This document shows, one piece after another, positions 11,839 through 26,200 of a DNA stretch of 64,000 nt. Made by a program: the position numbers and the translations under genes. Position 1 is the stretch's first letter; each line of letters starts with the position of its first letter. The DNA comes from Botryllus schlosseri (lineage: Eukaryota), in NCBI GenBank assembly GCA_051294905.1, contig CM119372.1:6758001-6822000 (forward strand), in the 5' to 3' direction. The notes below the pieces were generated by a model, which was given only the letters and a program-made list of their open reading frames with translations, had not been told where the DNA came from and searched no databases.

Positions 11839-13123
11839 CAGAGGTGGTCAAAGTAGTCAAGAAAGCTACTTACGTAGAAGTAGAAGTAGCGACGACAAAA
11901 TCTACTAAATTACAAGTACTTCTTCCACAACCAACCTAAAACTACTTAAAGTAGAAGTAGAATTGACTGACTTTAAATCTACTCAAGTAAGTAAGTAGTT
12001 TTGAAAATAGTCTTAATATTCGTTCGGATGGACTGTCAAAAGCTGCAAATTGAGCTATGCTGAAGGTACAGAGAGCTTGATTCGTATTGACGCATCCGAG
12101 AAGGTATCAATTTTCGACAGAATAAGCCTTGTTTCGCATCATGGGATGCAAATTATGGCATTGATAAGAAAATGCGATACTAACCCTTTGTTTACTAGAA
12201 GACCAAGTTTTAGAGAATATCATGGCATGGCGCCCTACCCCATATTATAAGGCCACAAGTTTAGGCAAAGAGCAATACGGAGAAGCTGTATCGGATACGG
12301 TTTCAACACTTAACGCGATTAGTATACGTTAATAACAAATATTGTGTATCGTAAAATTCATATTTAGTGTAGCTTTATTTTCGGAAGATAGGGGCATTAC
12401 CACACTTGCTTTTATGTTTCAACATGTGTAGGCCTATGTTCTGCAGACAAAAGAACTGAAAGGAAGTAATACTTAAAGTATGATACTCGGAATTAAAAGT
12501 GAAATACAAATACCACCTCTAAAAAGCGGAAAATATAGTTCATATCTTTTGTCCATAAAGCTTCAAAGGTGATCTGCTAAATCCGGTGTAACGTTAAAAA
12601 ATCACATTTTCCAGATTAGCAGGACACGTCATGGGCTGCTAGATTACGATATGATAGTTAACTGCTAGATTGCGAAACGGTAGTTTCAGACGTTATGGTG
12701 GGCCATATATACTGCGATGAAATATTTGATATGGGCGACTATGCGGTGTGAGCGGAACCAAGCAATCAGGTACCTAAATTATATTCACTGATACTTTCGT
12801 GAAAACATATTTGTCATTCCATAACTACTGTGCGCGAAGCACAACAAAATGTCTGGGCTTTACTCGACTTTCATAAATATTGAATGTTGGTACTGCGTGA
12901 AAACAGCCCCGACATTCCTCAGGCTATCTTTCGTATTGGGAGATTAAACTACTTCTACTTGACAAACTGAAAATAGCGAAAAGTAAGTAAGCAGATCACA
13001 AAATATTACCAAGTAGAAGTAAAAGTAGAGAAAAACAGGTCTACTTGAGTAAGTACCAGATGTAGAGGAAAAGTACTTGAGTACTTCCAAAAAGTAGAAG
13101 TACTTCGTTACTGACCACCGCTG
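11839..13123. mobile_element. Non-autonomous DNA transposon with AGTAGAAGTA/TACTT subterminal repeats (hAT-like), copy 1
   Basis: Ends CAGAGGTGGTCA / TGACCACCGCTG; flanks GATATGTG / C-CATATGTG (near-TSD). A homologous second copy lies at ~56433-59174. Confidence 0.7.
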
Positions 13124-14077
13124 CCATATGTGATATGTGTCGTTGTTCTTACGGCGACAGAAAAGCCCCCCCCCAAAAAAAAAACAATAAAGAAAGAAAA
13201 AAAGCAAGAAATAGCTTCTAAAAAGGACCGACGAAGAAAGAATAACATCGAGGAAGACATCGGGAATTAGGTCGAGGTATATGCCAATTCAAGAGACTCC
13301 AACTGGTTGGTCGTTGGGCGCCCCCTTATCTGTTAATTACATCTCATTGTGTGTCTTTGTGTCTTGTTTATCGCATTGTACATTGTGTGTATGTCTTTGT
13401 CAGATTATAGAATGTAAACATTTACATTCTATAGTCAGATGATAATATAATCTGACGATTGATTGATGTAAACAGGAAATTTAAGGACGACCACCTCGTA
13501 TCACAAAAGCGCAGCTATCTAGCGCTGACGTGCTGCCTAGATCGACGGGAGCTCACGACTCATTGTGTTTGTATTGCACCTTCGGAACACTAAATAGAAT
13601 AGTGGAAGTCGAAATCCGTGAAGCACCTCGCTTCCAAATGAGAACATCGCTATGAATTCGTATTTGGCAAGCAGGCTTATACTGCGGACTCGTGTCAAAC
13701 TCTTTCCTTGATAATTTGAAGTGCACCACATCATCACCGATTCTTTGACGACTCGTATCGTATCAACGTGTCCTTGTCAAATTGAGGACAATCGACGTTT
13801 CGCGTTCGTCATGTATATCAGAGACTCTGCCTCCAATTACCGAAGAAAGAAGAAATATTCTATCCCGCCAGTAGGCCACACGAGTAGCGTCACGCGGTAA
13901 TGTAATCAGGCTGTATCATCACATGCGATTAACATTGGAATCCTGATGACAACTCGTGACCGAGCGTTTGCTGATATTAAATCTCCTATGAAGTCATACA
14001 CAGTATTCGATTGCGATGCTGGATAGATTAAAATAAACGGCCGATTCCCGTGGGATTGTGAACATACCACAGCGTTC

Positions 14078-14087
14078 CCATATAAAG
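14078..14087 (+). promoter_or_regulatory. TATA-like / CArG-like motif upstream of the muscle Ig/Fn3 gene
   Basis: CCATATAAAG contains TATAAAG and is one mismatch from CC(A/T)6GG. It lies ~200 nt before the first ATG. Support is positional only. Confidence 0.3.
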
Positions 14088-14288
14088 TAATGGTCGCGTC
14101 TCCCGTCTTCTGGATGCGAGGAGATCACATTTACTGACGTTAACTATGATAGAAATTTAGGAATTTCCGGAGCTATAATCTGCTATTATCGTGATATTAT
14201 GAAAAAGTTTTCATCGCTAAACTTTAGATATAGGCCTACTCCACTGTAGCAGGTGAATAACGAGTGCTGGGATTGAGCTGTGCCAGCC

Positions 14289-17200
14289 ATGTCGGATATC
14301 ACTGTGTCAAAAGGTGGTAAAGCTACGTTTTCGTGTGAGCTTCCTGATTCGTCCTATACCGGCAGTTGGAATCAAGTATGTAGTGTGTTTGCCAGTGATA
14401 AGTGCTTATAAATGTATGGAATGTGCATGCATAATATCTTTATATACATCGGTCTAGAACAGTGGCTCTCAACCATAGGGGTCCGCGAAACCTCCAAATT
14501 TGCAAAATGGTTGATACATGTTTTTTTCAATTAGAGAAATCACGAGACAGTTTCGTTAAAACTTCATAACTCACATAAACAGAATGGCAGTCTGAGATGA
14601 AATATTCTACTGTGCAAAGTCATTTTAATTGACAAATTGCCGATAGCCTATTGCTGTTATGAGATGTTTCAGTGGGGTTAGTGAAAAGATTGTTTGCATA
14701 AATCCATTTTCTCCTGTGATGTGCATAACCGCTACTTCAGAATAACTTCAACATGAGCTGCTACATAGAAATGACTATGCGGGACGGTATATGTTCAATA
14801 AAAATCGGTTTCTCAATTTTGGTGTCACTTATGTTGCGATCATATTCAAGTCAAAGGTGTCGTTAGAAGCGATGCGCGTTAAAATTGCATTCGCCACCCC
14901 CTATCGTTGCGGAAACGGATTTAGTTACAGAATTCAATTTGAAATAATAGAAATCTTCCCAGTTTCTACATAAATAGTAGGCTATTATGTTATTTTCAAT
15001 AATGGTCAATTTGTTCCTGTTTATCACTAGTCTACGGTTGATATTTGCACACGGCAGATGACGGCTGCACGATAATAGAACTACATTTAAACTAAAACTT
15101 TGGGGGTTCGCGCGGGTCCGCGGAGACAAAAGGTTAAGAACCACTGGTAGAGAAGATAACTAGATGGCTTCAAGGTCAAGAAAACAGATAAAACCGACAT
15201 GGACAATTAGACAGTTACATTCGTACGAAATTGTGACTGTAAAAATAACAATATCTTTGCATCCGTCAAGAATAGCTTTTATATAGCTAATCGAAACCAT
15301 GCGTTTTTGCTGAAGAAACACGCGAATAAACCAGCGTGAAAGTTTGACTGATCAATGAAACCACTTATTTCATCTAAAATAATGAAAATTCAGATTTTGA
15401 CCGACTAATGACTTTCAATCAGCCAATTTTATTTCTAGTTTATATTATTTATAGTTGAGTGCTACAGTATTGGTGCTCCTCACTTCGGGCATGAAATTTT
15501 CCTAGTAATAATTCACCCATCAATAAACCCACTACTTCTTTTTGCCCGTCATCATATTTTTATTATTGGTTCAATCATCGTAGTCATTGTTTTATTGAGC
15601 GCGGCCCAGGCTCATGTACTAGGCTGGTCATTTCATCATATCGGCCATGTCTCAATGAACGGTTTTAACATGATAACGGTAGCGAAATGCGTTATAATCA
15701 CTCACTAGAATTTTCAGAAAAAGAGGTGTGTGTGTAATTGTGTAATGTGTATTGTGCATGCGCAGTGCATAAAGGGTAACCCGACAGCAATAATGACACC
15801 CATTTCTCTCTCACGCAGACAAAGCATGCACACATGCGCAAACGTTAAATATGTGACATGCGTGACATCGTAATTAGGGATAAAAGTTCACTTGTATTCG
15901 TCGAATTGCCAAATTTTCGACTTGGTCATTGCTAGATAATTTTTAGTCCCAATGTCACAACTCACCACAACCGAGACGTAACGTCAAGTCCTCATCCCAA
16001 TCGACTCTTCTACCTATAAAGGTATATTCAGGGGTTCTTAAACTTTTTTGATCGCGGACCCATCATCATCATTTATTAATTTTTTATCAAATCAATACAC
16101 CACACCACAAGATTGCGATATAATGAAAAGATAGGAGGGTGCCGAAACGATTTGGAGAAGACCTACTCTTTTAATCGGACACCGATCTTGGCCTATAGCA
16201 TGTAAATAAGAGGCATGCACACTAGATTTAAGAAACCATAACATAAAAGGAAGCGACAAAATGAATGCTACATGTCTAGGTAGGCGAGGTCGATATGTCA
16301 GATTGTGGTCCCGTAATCCTGAGGTCTTCAAGTTTGGTGGGCGGTTGCGCGTATCCCCATAGTTTCAGAAGCCGATGACCAAAATAAATTGACATGAAGC
16401 TCGACTGTATTTAGGCTATTACATACCTAAAAAAAGATATTTACTGACTAGACAAGCTAGTCACAGTACCCCTCATGGTGTCATTGGCAAAGGATAATAA
16501 TCTTTGTAGTTTCTTGATGATGCAGTTCAACATTGCCCTTTCACGGACTCCCTAAAACTAGTTCACAGATCCCTAAGGCGTCCGTAGATCCCAGTTTAAA
16601 AAACCCTGTATTTATTATATTGTTGAATGCGTATTCTGCAACAGAATGGAAAACAGCTGGTCGACGATGGATCCAGGATTATAATATCGCACACTGGTTC
16701 GAAGCATTCCCTCGTTATCACTAAAACGGAAGTAACGGATGCCGGAGAGATTTCCTTCGTAACGACGAAAGGCGGAGTTAATGTTCCGTTCAAACTCATT
16801 GTAACCGGTACGGAAATTGTTGACAATCCGTGGTCTAATCAGACATGCATTGAAACTAGGAGTCTTCTCGGGTTCAGACTCGACTTTGGGAAATCATTCA
16901 AACTGCAATAGGTTCTGATACCCACTCGGAAAACATACAATGTAAATTTGCGCTGCATGGTTTAAGGTTTGTTAGGTTCTAGAGGCGCGAAATTGGTCCT
17001 CTCATCTCAGTTTAGAGTTTTCGATTCACGTATTGCGATGTACGGATTGAAAGTCGCTTTGCCAGAGGCCTATACATGGAATACGAAAGGCCCTGGCAGA
17101 AACGATATTAGAAATAATCAATATATTTCAACAAATAACCATGATTGTGGTGCTTTGATTTTGACCTGGCCTAATCTCAACAAACGGTCGTTTTCCCAAA

Positions 17201-20200
17201 TACGGCGTTTCGTCGGCGACAGTTATTTGGTCATCAATTGCGGCAATCTTGGCGCCGAATAAGTGACGGGCAATTCGCTCGCGGTAAATGGCCGGAAGTT
17301 TTCTTGGGTGTTTAATGCCTTCTCCTATCTATATTGTGATGTCTTTTAGAGCCACCAGCGATCGATCCCGTTGAATTCGAGAAATGCGCAAAAGCATTGG
17401 GGGAGTTGAAGACCGGCGGTGATTTGGTTCTGAAAGTTCCATTTAACGGGGCGGCACCTATATCAGCGCAATGGAGCTTCAACGGCAATGCAATAAAGTC
17501 ATCGAGTCGTTGTAAAATTGTAACTACTGCAACCAGCAGCACGCTTTCCATGAGTGGATTTTCCGCAGAAGATTGCGGTACCTACGAGGTAGGTAAAACG
17601 CACTGCACTAGCCAAGATCAATTGACTGTGGGGGTATCCATGGTCAGCGTTTTACGGAATATGCAACACGTTGTGGCAATTACGTAATAAGATTTTAGGA
17701 ACTGATTTGATTCACAGTCAGAAAGCTCTAAAACGGTCTGTCGTGTCCTAGAGCCGATGCGAGAGAGCGATTGGTAGTTTTTAAATGGATGACTTACATG
17801 CATCATAAAAATAAACTTAGATGCTCTGCACTATCTTTAAATAGAGGTCGACCGATATTGATTTTTGCAGGCCGATACAGATTATCGACACGCTCACAAG
17901 GCCGATAACCGATATCATAGGCTGATATTAATATGGAAGGAGCAGATAACCATTTCGTTAAATATATTATATATTAGGCAAGATGGCACTTGTGCATGCC
18001 ACAGAAAGCTGAACAACACACGAGAAAACTGAAATTAAAAAGAATTATTGCTAAATTGCGCACATTCATTGAAATTGAATTGAAATTGGAATTTCGCACA
18101 TGTTTCAATATATAAAAAGTGATATCTTCTTATTGAAGCCAGATTGTTGTGGTGACCCATTTTCGAAGGCTCTAAGACCCAAGATTTGGTCGCGATGCAG
18201 GGGTTCAGAGCAACTGGGATATAGAATACAACGCCACAGCCATGTTCGAGTGGCCTATAATATATCGCTGAACTATAGCGCTGACTGAAGGCATATGCAA
18301 TGCACTATAGAGAAGTCTGGGCTACTGGTGTTGCTCTGCTTTCGGCCTTAGACAGTCAATCATTGGTCAAATCATGATGGCTCTAAAACGTTCTTTTATT
18401 CCAGGTAAAGTTGAGTAACAAATTCGGAGAAACCCAAGCACCTATTGAAGTCTCATTGTCTGATGTGTCAGAAGTGAATTTCGAAACAATAGAGGTACCC
18501 GGGGAAACAATAAAGAAATCCCAAACTATGACCATCAACGAAGAACAAGGTATGACACCCAATACATAGCTATAGGAACTTGAACCGACTTAAAGTTCTT
18601 TCGACGTACATTAATTAAAGTAGCCAAAGGCTTACCACGATTGGTGATTGGTGAACAAATTCCTTGACCCTCCGAATGTAATACACGATGTTAGTTTGGA
18701 GTGAATAAGGGAGAAAATCATAAGGAAGTGCTGCCTCCTTGGGGACAGGAATATTCGGGCTCAGGACATCACAAATATCGAAGGTGTCGGTCAGCAGCAT
18801 GCGGAGTTCGTTTTCGGCCAAATCTTTTGCATGGCCGGTCTGTTATGTCTTTGCACCATTCGCGACTCCTTTTGCGGCGTCTCATGTTGTCCTAAACCTA
18901 ACAGGTTTTTGTATGGCTTGCCATCAATTAGCTCTGTGCCCCTCTCACATCGTGCAACACCAACACCAGATATAAAGTCCCAGCAAAATGTATTCTTCAT
19001 TCAGTCGAAATTGTTGAAGCTCCCGCAAAACCAGGCGGAAACATCAAGTTCGATAATATGTCCGCTAACAAATTCACCATTGGCCTAACGGTAGCAGCGC
19101 CACCGGGAACAACTCATTACGTCGTCGAAAAATGCGAGTCTGGAAAATCCAATTGGGATGAGGCACGTTTGACCACATTATTTTCACATAAATATTATAA
19201 GTGATTAAAGTCTATGTCATCGCAGATAGGACAGTTCGACGCGTCGCTGAAGGCTTTCCAGCTCCCCGAACTACCCGTAGGGAAGAGATGCACCTTCCGC
19301 ATTCGAGCGGCCAATAAATTCGGACTTAGTGATGCTCTCGAGTCGCGAGCCGTAAGCGTGCAACCGCCATCGAATCCCCCAGAGATTGATGCCGCAATAG
19401 TTGAGCAGCTGAAGCAAGAGCAGATTCCAAAAGCTGGGAAGGATTACAAACTGAAAGTAATGGCACATCTGCGAATCGTTGATTACAAAATATTGATTTC
19501 AAATTATGCGACAAATTCTAGATCCCGTACGTCGGTCATCCCTTACCACTGGCTAGTTGGACCAAAGACGGGAAGAAGCTCGCAACAAAAGGCAAGGTAT
19601 CGTCGGAAACTGGAGAGAAAGTGGTGTCCTTCACAGTTGCTGGTGTTGGCGCCGAAGATTCCGGAGAATATGGACTGACACTGAAGAATAAAGCTGGCAG
19701 CGCACAATTAAATTTCAAGTTAACAGTGATTGGTTAGTAGCGTATTGGAATGTAAAACAGTTCGTAGTTGGTCATACGGAATATAAAAAATAACGCAAGC
19801 AATCATCGCATTACAGACACTGCGCCAATAGCATTGTTCTATTTCATCTGAATTAAACGCGCAAGTGTTCATAACGCGATTGGCCAACGACAAAGCTAGG
19901 ATAGAAAATTGTTGACCGGGAAGCGCGATACGAGTCCAGACTGTACGAATAGTACACGTACTCTCTACTCTTTCCATCGCTCGCTATGATGCCATAGAAA
20001 CATATATAGATTACATATACATATACATATATAAACAATGCCGCGTTCTTAAAATTTATCAGCACCAGATGGCCAAACTCATGGTCATCTAAGCACTGGG
20101 AGCCCGGTGGTTTGAAAATGAATACGTCAAAGACGTTGTGTGACAGAATGCGTATATATTTCACCAATAGACCAGTCTAGAGGTCGGAAATTCGCAGTGA

Positions 20201-23200
20201 GAGCGGGTAAATAAATATATATTCATATCGATCAATCGTATTACATTCAAAGAACTGTGTTTCGTACAATTGGTTGTCTGTACCTGTAGCCCATACATGC
20301 CCGTAAAAACGTAGCATACCATACAATATTTCGATGCGTGAGGCTTGGGTCGCGGGTTACCAATAAAACTCAGATTTGGGTCGGGGTCTAAAAAGTTTAA
20401 GAAGCACGGAGTTATAAACATTAACATTGGTTTTACCATTGCTAGATGTTCCATCTCCCCCGCAAGGACCGGTAGAGTTTGACATTGTTACTGGAAGCGA
20501 CGCTTCGTTTTCTTGGAAGGCACCGAAGTCTGACGGAGGAAGACCCTTGACCGGTTACGTCATAGAAAAGAAGGATACCAAATCATCCGCTTGGGAAAAG
20601 GCATTGCAGGTGAGGAATTGATTGGTTAACAGTAATACTAATTATTGTAAACATCCATAGTATGACGCCCGTAACACAAATCAATGAGATTGAGTCAAAG
20701 GAAAACAAATGCTAGACATATGTCACCATGGTATATGCCTTTATATACGAACATTACCCACGTGACGATCATTTTTAAGTCAGTTTCTACAGGTGAAATT
20801 ACCAGAGATGAGCGGATATTTTTAAATCTAAACCCTGTGCCCGATTTCATGTCCAACTCATCACCAAATAAAAATTATAGATGCATTTCTACTGAAGAAA
20901 ATCAGTTTTCTTTCGAACGATGAAACCACATGGGTGCGGGAGCTTCGTGGATGCGCAAAATATAAGCTAACCTTTATAAATCCGATACCGAAAACCGGTA
21001 GAGATAATGCATTTATATGATAAATTTCTGTTCGCCAGGTTGGTCCAGAAGATACGGCCGCAACTGTTGAAGGTCTAACCACGGGACTTAAGTATACTTT
21101 CCGAGTGAAGGCCATAAATCAGGAAGGAGAGAGCAAACCCATTATGTCGGCCCCCGTACTAGCCTCAGGTACGTCGTATATCAATACGTGCTGTTTTGAT
21201 ATTAAAAGTAAAACATATTCGATCCAAAAAAGGACCGCCCGGGCAACCTGGAAAGCTGACTGTAGGAAAGGTAACGGCAAGCACCATTTCTCTAACTTGG
21301 GATAAACCAGCAAATGATGGAGGGTGTCCTGTCACATCTCACGTCATGGAGAAGAGGGAAGATGGCAGGAATTGGGAAAGAGTAATATAATTGCAATCAT
21401 ATAAACATAGACTCTGTCTCATAAACCCGCATCGTCTAATTTTTGCATCAGGTTCCCCATAAATCAGTGAGCGACTTGTCTGCGGAGGTAAAGGACCTTA
21501 GAGAAGATTCCAGCTACGATTTCCGAGTGGCAGCAGTGAATTCTTCTGGCCAAGGACGTTGGGTCGAAACTGCGAAACCAATAATTGCAATGGATGCCCC
21601 AGGTGATTTTCAATTGTTGCCTGAGCTCGTGAGCATCCCATTTCTAATGGTTTGATTTTCATGATTGTAATTATGTTCAGATGCCAGACTGGTTATTATG
21701 TGGTGAGCCGGTGTTATATCCACCGTTAACAGCTCACGGATCTTTAGTTTCCCAACGACTGTCCATTTAGTGTTCCTCAAATTCGAATTATGATATTCAC
21801 ATACTCTACACTGGAAATTGATGAACTTCCATTATCCAAAATCAAACTTGATTTCATATGATTTGTCGAAATAACGATTTGGTTTTACGTAGATCGGCTC
21901 GTTTTGTCCGTCATTATTGCCGAACTATAGTGAGCGATTGCGGAAACGAGTGGCGTATATGTATGTATGTAGGCCTATATATGTATGTATACGCCCCCAA
22001 TGTTCCAGAATTTCGCCGTCGCTTATTCAGGCTAGACTTCTTGAGAACGATTTGCTGACAGGATCAATTCACTGTATTAAGAACCTCCGACCATAGAAGA
22101 TTCACTGAAAGCAACTTTGGCCGAACCCCAGAGTTACAAAGCAGGAGATGACATCACTCTGAAACTGCCGTATTTAGGAAAACCTAAGCCGACAGCCGAA
22201 TGGGCGGCAAATGGAAAAACTATCGAAATTAATGGTACGTTAACATCAACTCAGTGTTGCAATAGTCAGCTTACATTGATTTCATTTTATATTAGATGAC
22301 GATTCAAGCAAATCTTCAACTGTGGAACGTGGTTTAGCAACCTTGGTCTTGCGTGGCGTTCAGCGCAGTGACAGTGGCGCCTACGTTGCGAAACTAACCA
22401 ATAGTGAGGGGGAATGTGAAGCCTCCTTCAACGTTATTGTTAAAGGTATTTTCCTGTCTCTCTCGTTTTGCTCCATTATTCATTTAACCGCCCAGGTGTT
22501 AGATAGACAGTATCGCTTGTATTGTGCAGACGCCCCTGGATCTCCAACTAACATCAAAGTCCTGAAAGCATCTTCCAAACAAATAGTTATTGGCTGGAAA
22601 GAGCCCGAAGATGACGGCGGTACCAAAATCACGCAGTATCTTGTTGAGAGAAAAGAAGATTCCCCAGATGGTGAATGGATTCGGGTTTGTTATTCTGCTT
22701 GTGTTACGGAGTAGATTGGACTAAAATACGTATTGTAAGCGTTGAGGGAATATGAATTACCCAACATGTGATATGAAGAAAGGTGATCTAACTGGGAAAC
22801 GTATACAGCGGTAATATGCAAATGTGAAACCAAATTTTGACGATTAATGGAATTTGAAGTATAGGCCTATCCTACTGATGTCGAAAATAAACTGATTGTA
22901 ACGGAAATATTCAAAATATACGGACAAAATACTCCGTGAATTAGCATTAATTAATTTCTTATTCGTGCAGTACAGAATATACGACAAAACTAAACATTAT
23001 ATGTGGATAAAGAAAATAAAAATAATAATGAACTTCATTAACCAGACGAAATAATACTACTTATCATTTTTTTACTTTACTTTATCATTGCAGGCTGGGA
23101 AGATATTGCCCGGGGAACAACTGCAGTACGCCACCGACCACGTTGATAAAGGGACGTCGTACGTGTTCCGAATTAGTGCCTTTAATCAACTAGGAACTAG

Positions 23201-26200
23201 TGCCTACTTGGAGACGGAACCGGTACTAGCAGACGACAAATACAGTATGACGTGTCAATACTCTCACTAGGCGGATATGGTATTTTTACAAAATTTTGTA
23301 TCAGAACCACCAGGTCAACCCGGCGTGCCAGTGGTTACAGATGTCACTAAAAATTCGTGCGTTCTTAGCTGGTCAACTCCATCTGAAGACGGGGGTAGCA
23401 TGATCAATGGTAGGTATCGAATGCAGTAATGAAGGCACCGATCTTACAGCATTTCACGATCTTTATTTATATTAGGTTATTTAATCGAAATGAAAAAACA
23501 AGGAAGAAGGGCTTGGAATCCTGTGAATGAATACGATTTGACCCTGAAAAACTCAGGATATACCGTGCAGAAACTGCAGGAGGGTTCTGAATACCAATTC
23601 CGTGTGCTGGCACACAACGAGGCGGGGAATGGTCCCCCGAGTCAAGCATCCGGTCGGATAACAGTCAAGGATCCCATCCGTAAGTGCTGGCCGCTATATT
23701 GTATTGTGTCATTGTTCTGGACTGAAGAATAGTGCGGAATGAAACTAAGTGTTCCAGTTTGATCCAATCTTGGTTACGATTATTATACATCATGGCGCCA
23801 TAAATTATGTATCGTCATGTAACTTGTCTCATGCGCCCCCAACCAATGTTTGAATTCGTTCGCTAGTGAGAGAGAGAGAGAGAAAGGGGAAGATTTTTTT
23901 GTAAACCGATGAGGAAAAAACGTGCACACTTGCGGTAAAATCCGATGCTTGATATGTATTGACTGGTACCGATGATATGATCAAGACGATATTCGTGTTA
24001 TCCGGAACCAGAATTATTGATTGTCATATACAAGCAATACATATTGAGCGAATATATACGAAAAATGAACAGGGTATAAGCTTTGACCACTAGCTACTTG
24101 CTCAACAGAATGCGACATGCTTACATTAGGTCAGTCAGGAGATTATTAGATTAAAATGATAGCTCATCCCTTAAACAAGTGTAGACAGACTAATGCGTAG
24201 TCACTAAAGTCAGTCATGCAATGTGAAAGGGTGCTATGTCATCCCCATTTGATTAGAAACATGGGGCGTGATTGAGCTTATTGTGACACCATGCCGTATA
24301 CGTATGATAAGCATGCATTGTGACTTAAGTGTCTTGGGCTGCATTGCTTGCATCTACAACATAACTAAATCTACGAGTCATTTACGCGTCATTGTATTAT
24401 GTTCAGCTCTTCCGCCTCCCGTTACTGGAGTAAAAGTTACCGACATGACTGACTCAACAGCATCTCTTGAATGGGACACTCCCCCTGATCTGGACAAATA
24501 TGCGTTTAACGGTTACGTCGTGGAGAAATGTAGGCAGGGGTCGCCTGATTGGTCAGCATGCAACGATTCCCCAATAAGATCCAGCAAATACAAGGTTTAC
24601 ATAAACAGAGAGATTGATTGTGCTCTTATCAACAAGTTTAACTGTACGCACGATTGTTACATGTAATTACAGATATCTCGTCTTAATGCCGGTGACAAAT
24701 ACAGTTTCCGCGTAAGGACAGTTAACGATGGGGGATTCGGCGATGCAAACGAATTGGAATTTATTGAGGTGAAGCAAATGCAAGGTGAGAATTGATGAAT
24801 GGTTTGCTACCACCTCGTTGTCAATGTTTTCCTTTAGAAAAGCCTAGAGTACATATCGACAAAAGTTTGCAGCAAACCGGAATTGATCTTCACGCTAACA
24901 GCACAGTCCGAATCGTTGCCACCATAACCGTGAGTTGCAAACGTAGGCTACACGATGACATAACGATATGGTTTGACTAAGTTTTATGTGTCACTACTAA
25001 GTGAAAAAGTTTGTCAAGCTTTTATAGCTAATTGGTTCAAGATAGTCATCGGTGGGGTTCGTCACAGGGAAGCGTCTTAAAAGTATTACGTAGGCCTACT
25101 CGTCGTTTTGCTTCATATTTTAGTATCTTAATTAGCGATTTGTTTAAACTGGGAGTCCTTCATTTCATACCACAAGGAATTTTCAGGTGTTCCAATAAAT
25201 TGACATTGATTCCGGTTTATTTTAGAAATTGTGACGAATAGTTGACATGATGTTGTTACACATTCATCATGCGTTTAGTTACACGGTATCATGGACCGGT
25301 GCGAATTATGTTTTAGGGGTAACTTCGACTTCGCTACTAGGGGGAAAATAACAAACTTGATATCAACTTTAGGGAAAACCAACACCAATTATTAGATGGG
25401 TCAAGGATGGCGTGGACCTGGATAGACGATGTACAATAACAACACAAGATGGTGTTTCGCAATTGATCATGCGTAATGTGCGAAAATCCGACTCCGGCAC
25501 CTACTTCGTGACAGCCATGAATTCTAGCGGTTCGGTTGAAATACCAATCAAACTACAAGTGAGAGGTTAGTTGATGTCCTTTCGGCCATCACTCACGCGC
25601 GACAAGTGTACTACAATACTGGTAGGCTACAGCAGTCCACTTTATTATGCATCCTCTCCTATGCAGATACGCCTGATCCTCCAAGCAATATAACCATTGG
25701 CGATTTGACCGAAGATGGCACACTAGAGATAAAATGGAAACCTCCGAAGAACGATGGCGGTCATCCCGTGAAGCATTATTGTCTCCAGGTACCATTATCT
25801 CTGTGGTCTGTTGGCAACCGATATTTCCGTGTCGTTTCCTATGCTTTATATTGTCATACAAAATATTGAAGTGAGAACGCAACCACTGTATTAGTGATAT
25901 CATGCCAGCTTTTTTCAAGATGCGAGACGCGTATTCTCGATCGTTTCAAACGGTCCAAGACAAGATCAAGCAAACCTCTTATGTGGTGAAAAATCTCAGG
26001 CCTGGACAAACCTATTACTTCAGAGTAATAGCCGAAAACGACCTTGGTCGCGGCGAGGGAGACCAATCAAATCTGGTGACGATTATACAAAAAAGAGGTA
26101 TTCCGATGGATAACATTTGATCATGAGCCGACATAGATACTTGCGCATGAAAGATACGGTAACTTATTAATCTCGTTTTTAGAGCCGCTGAAAATAGATA

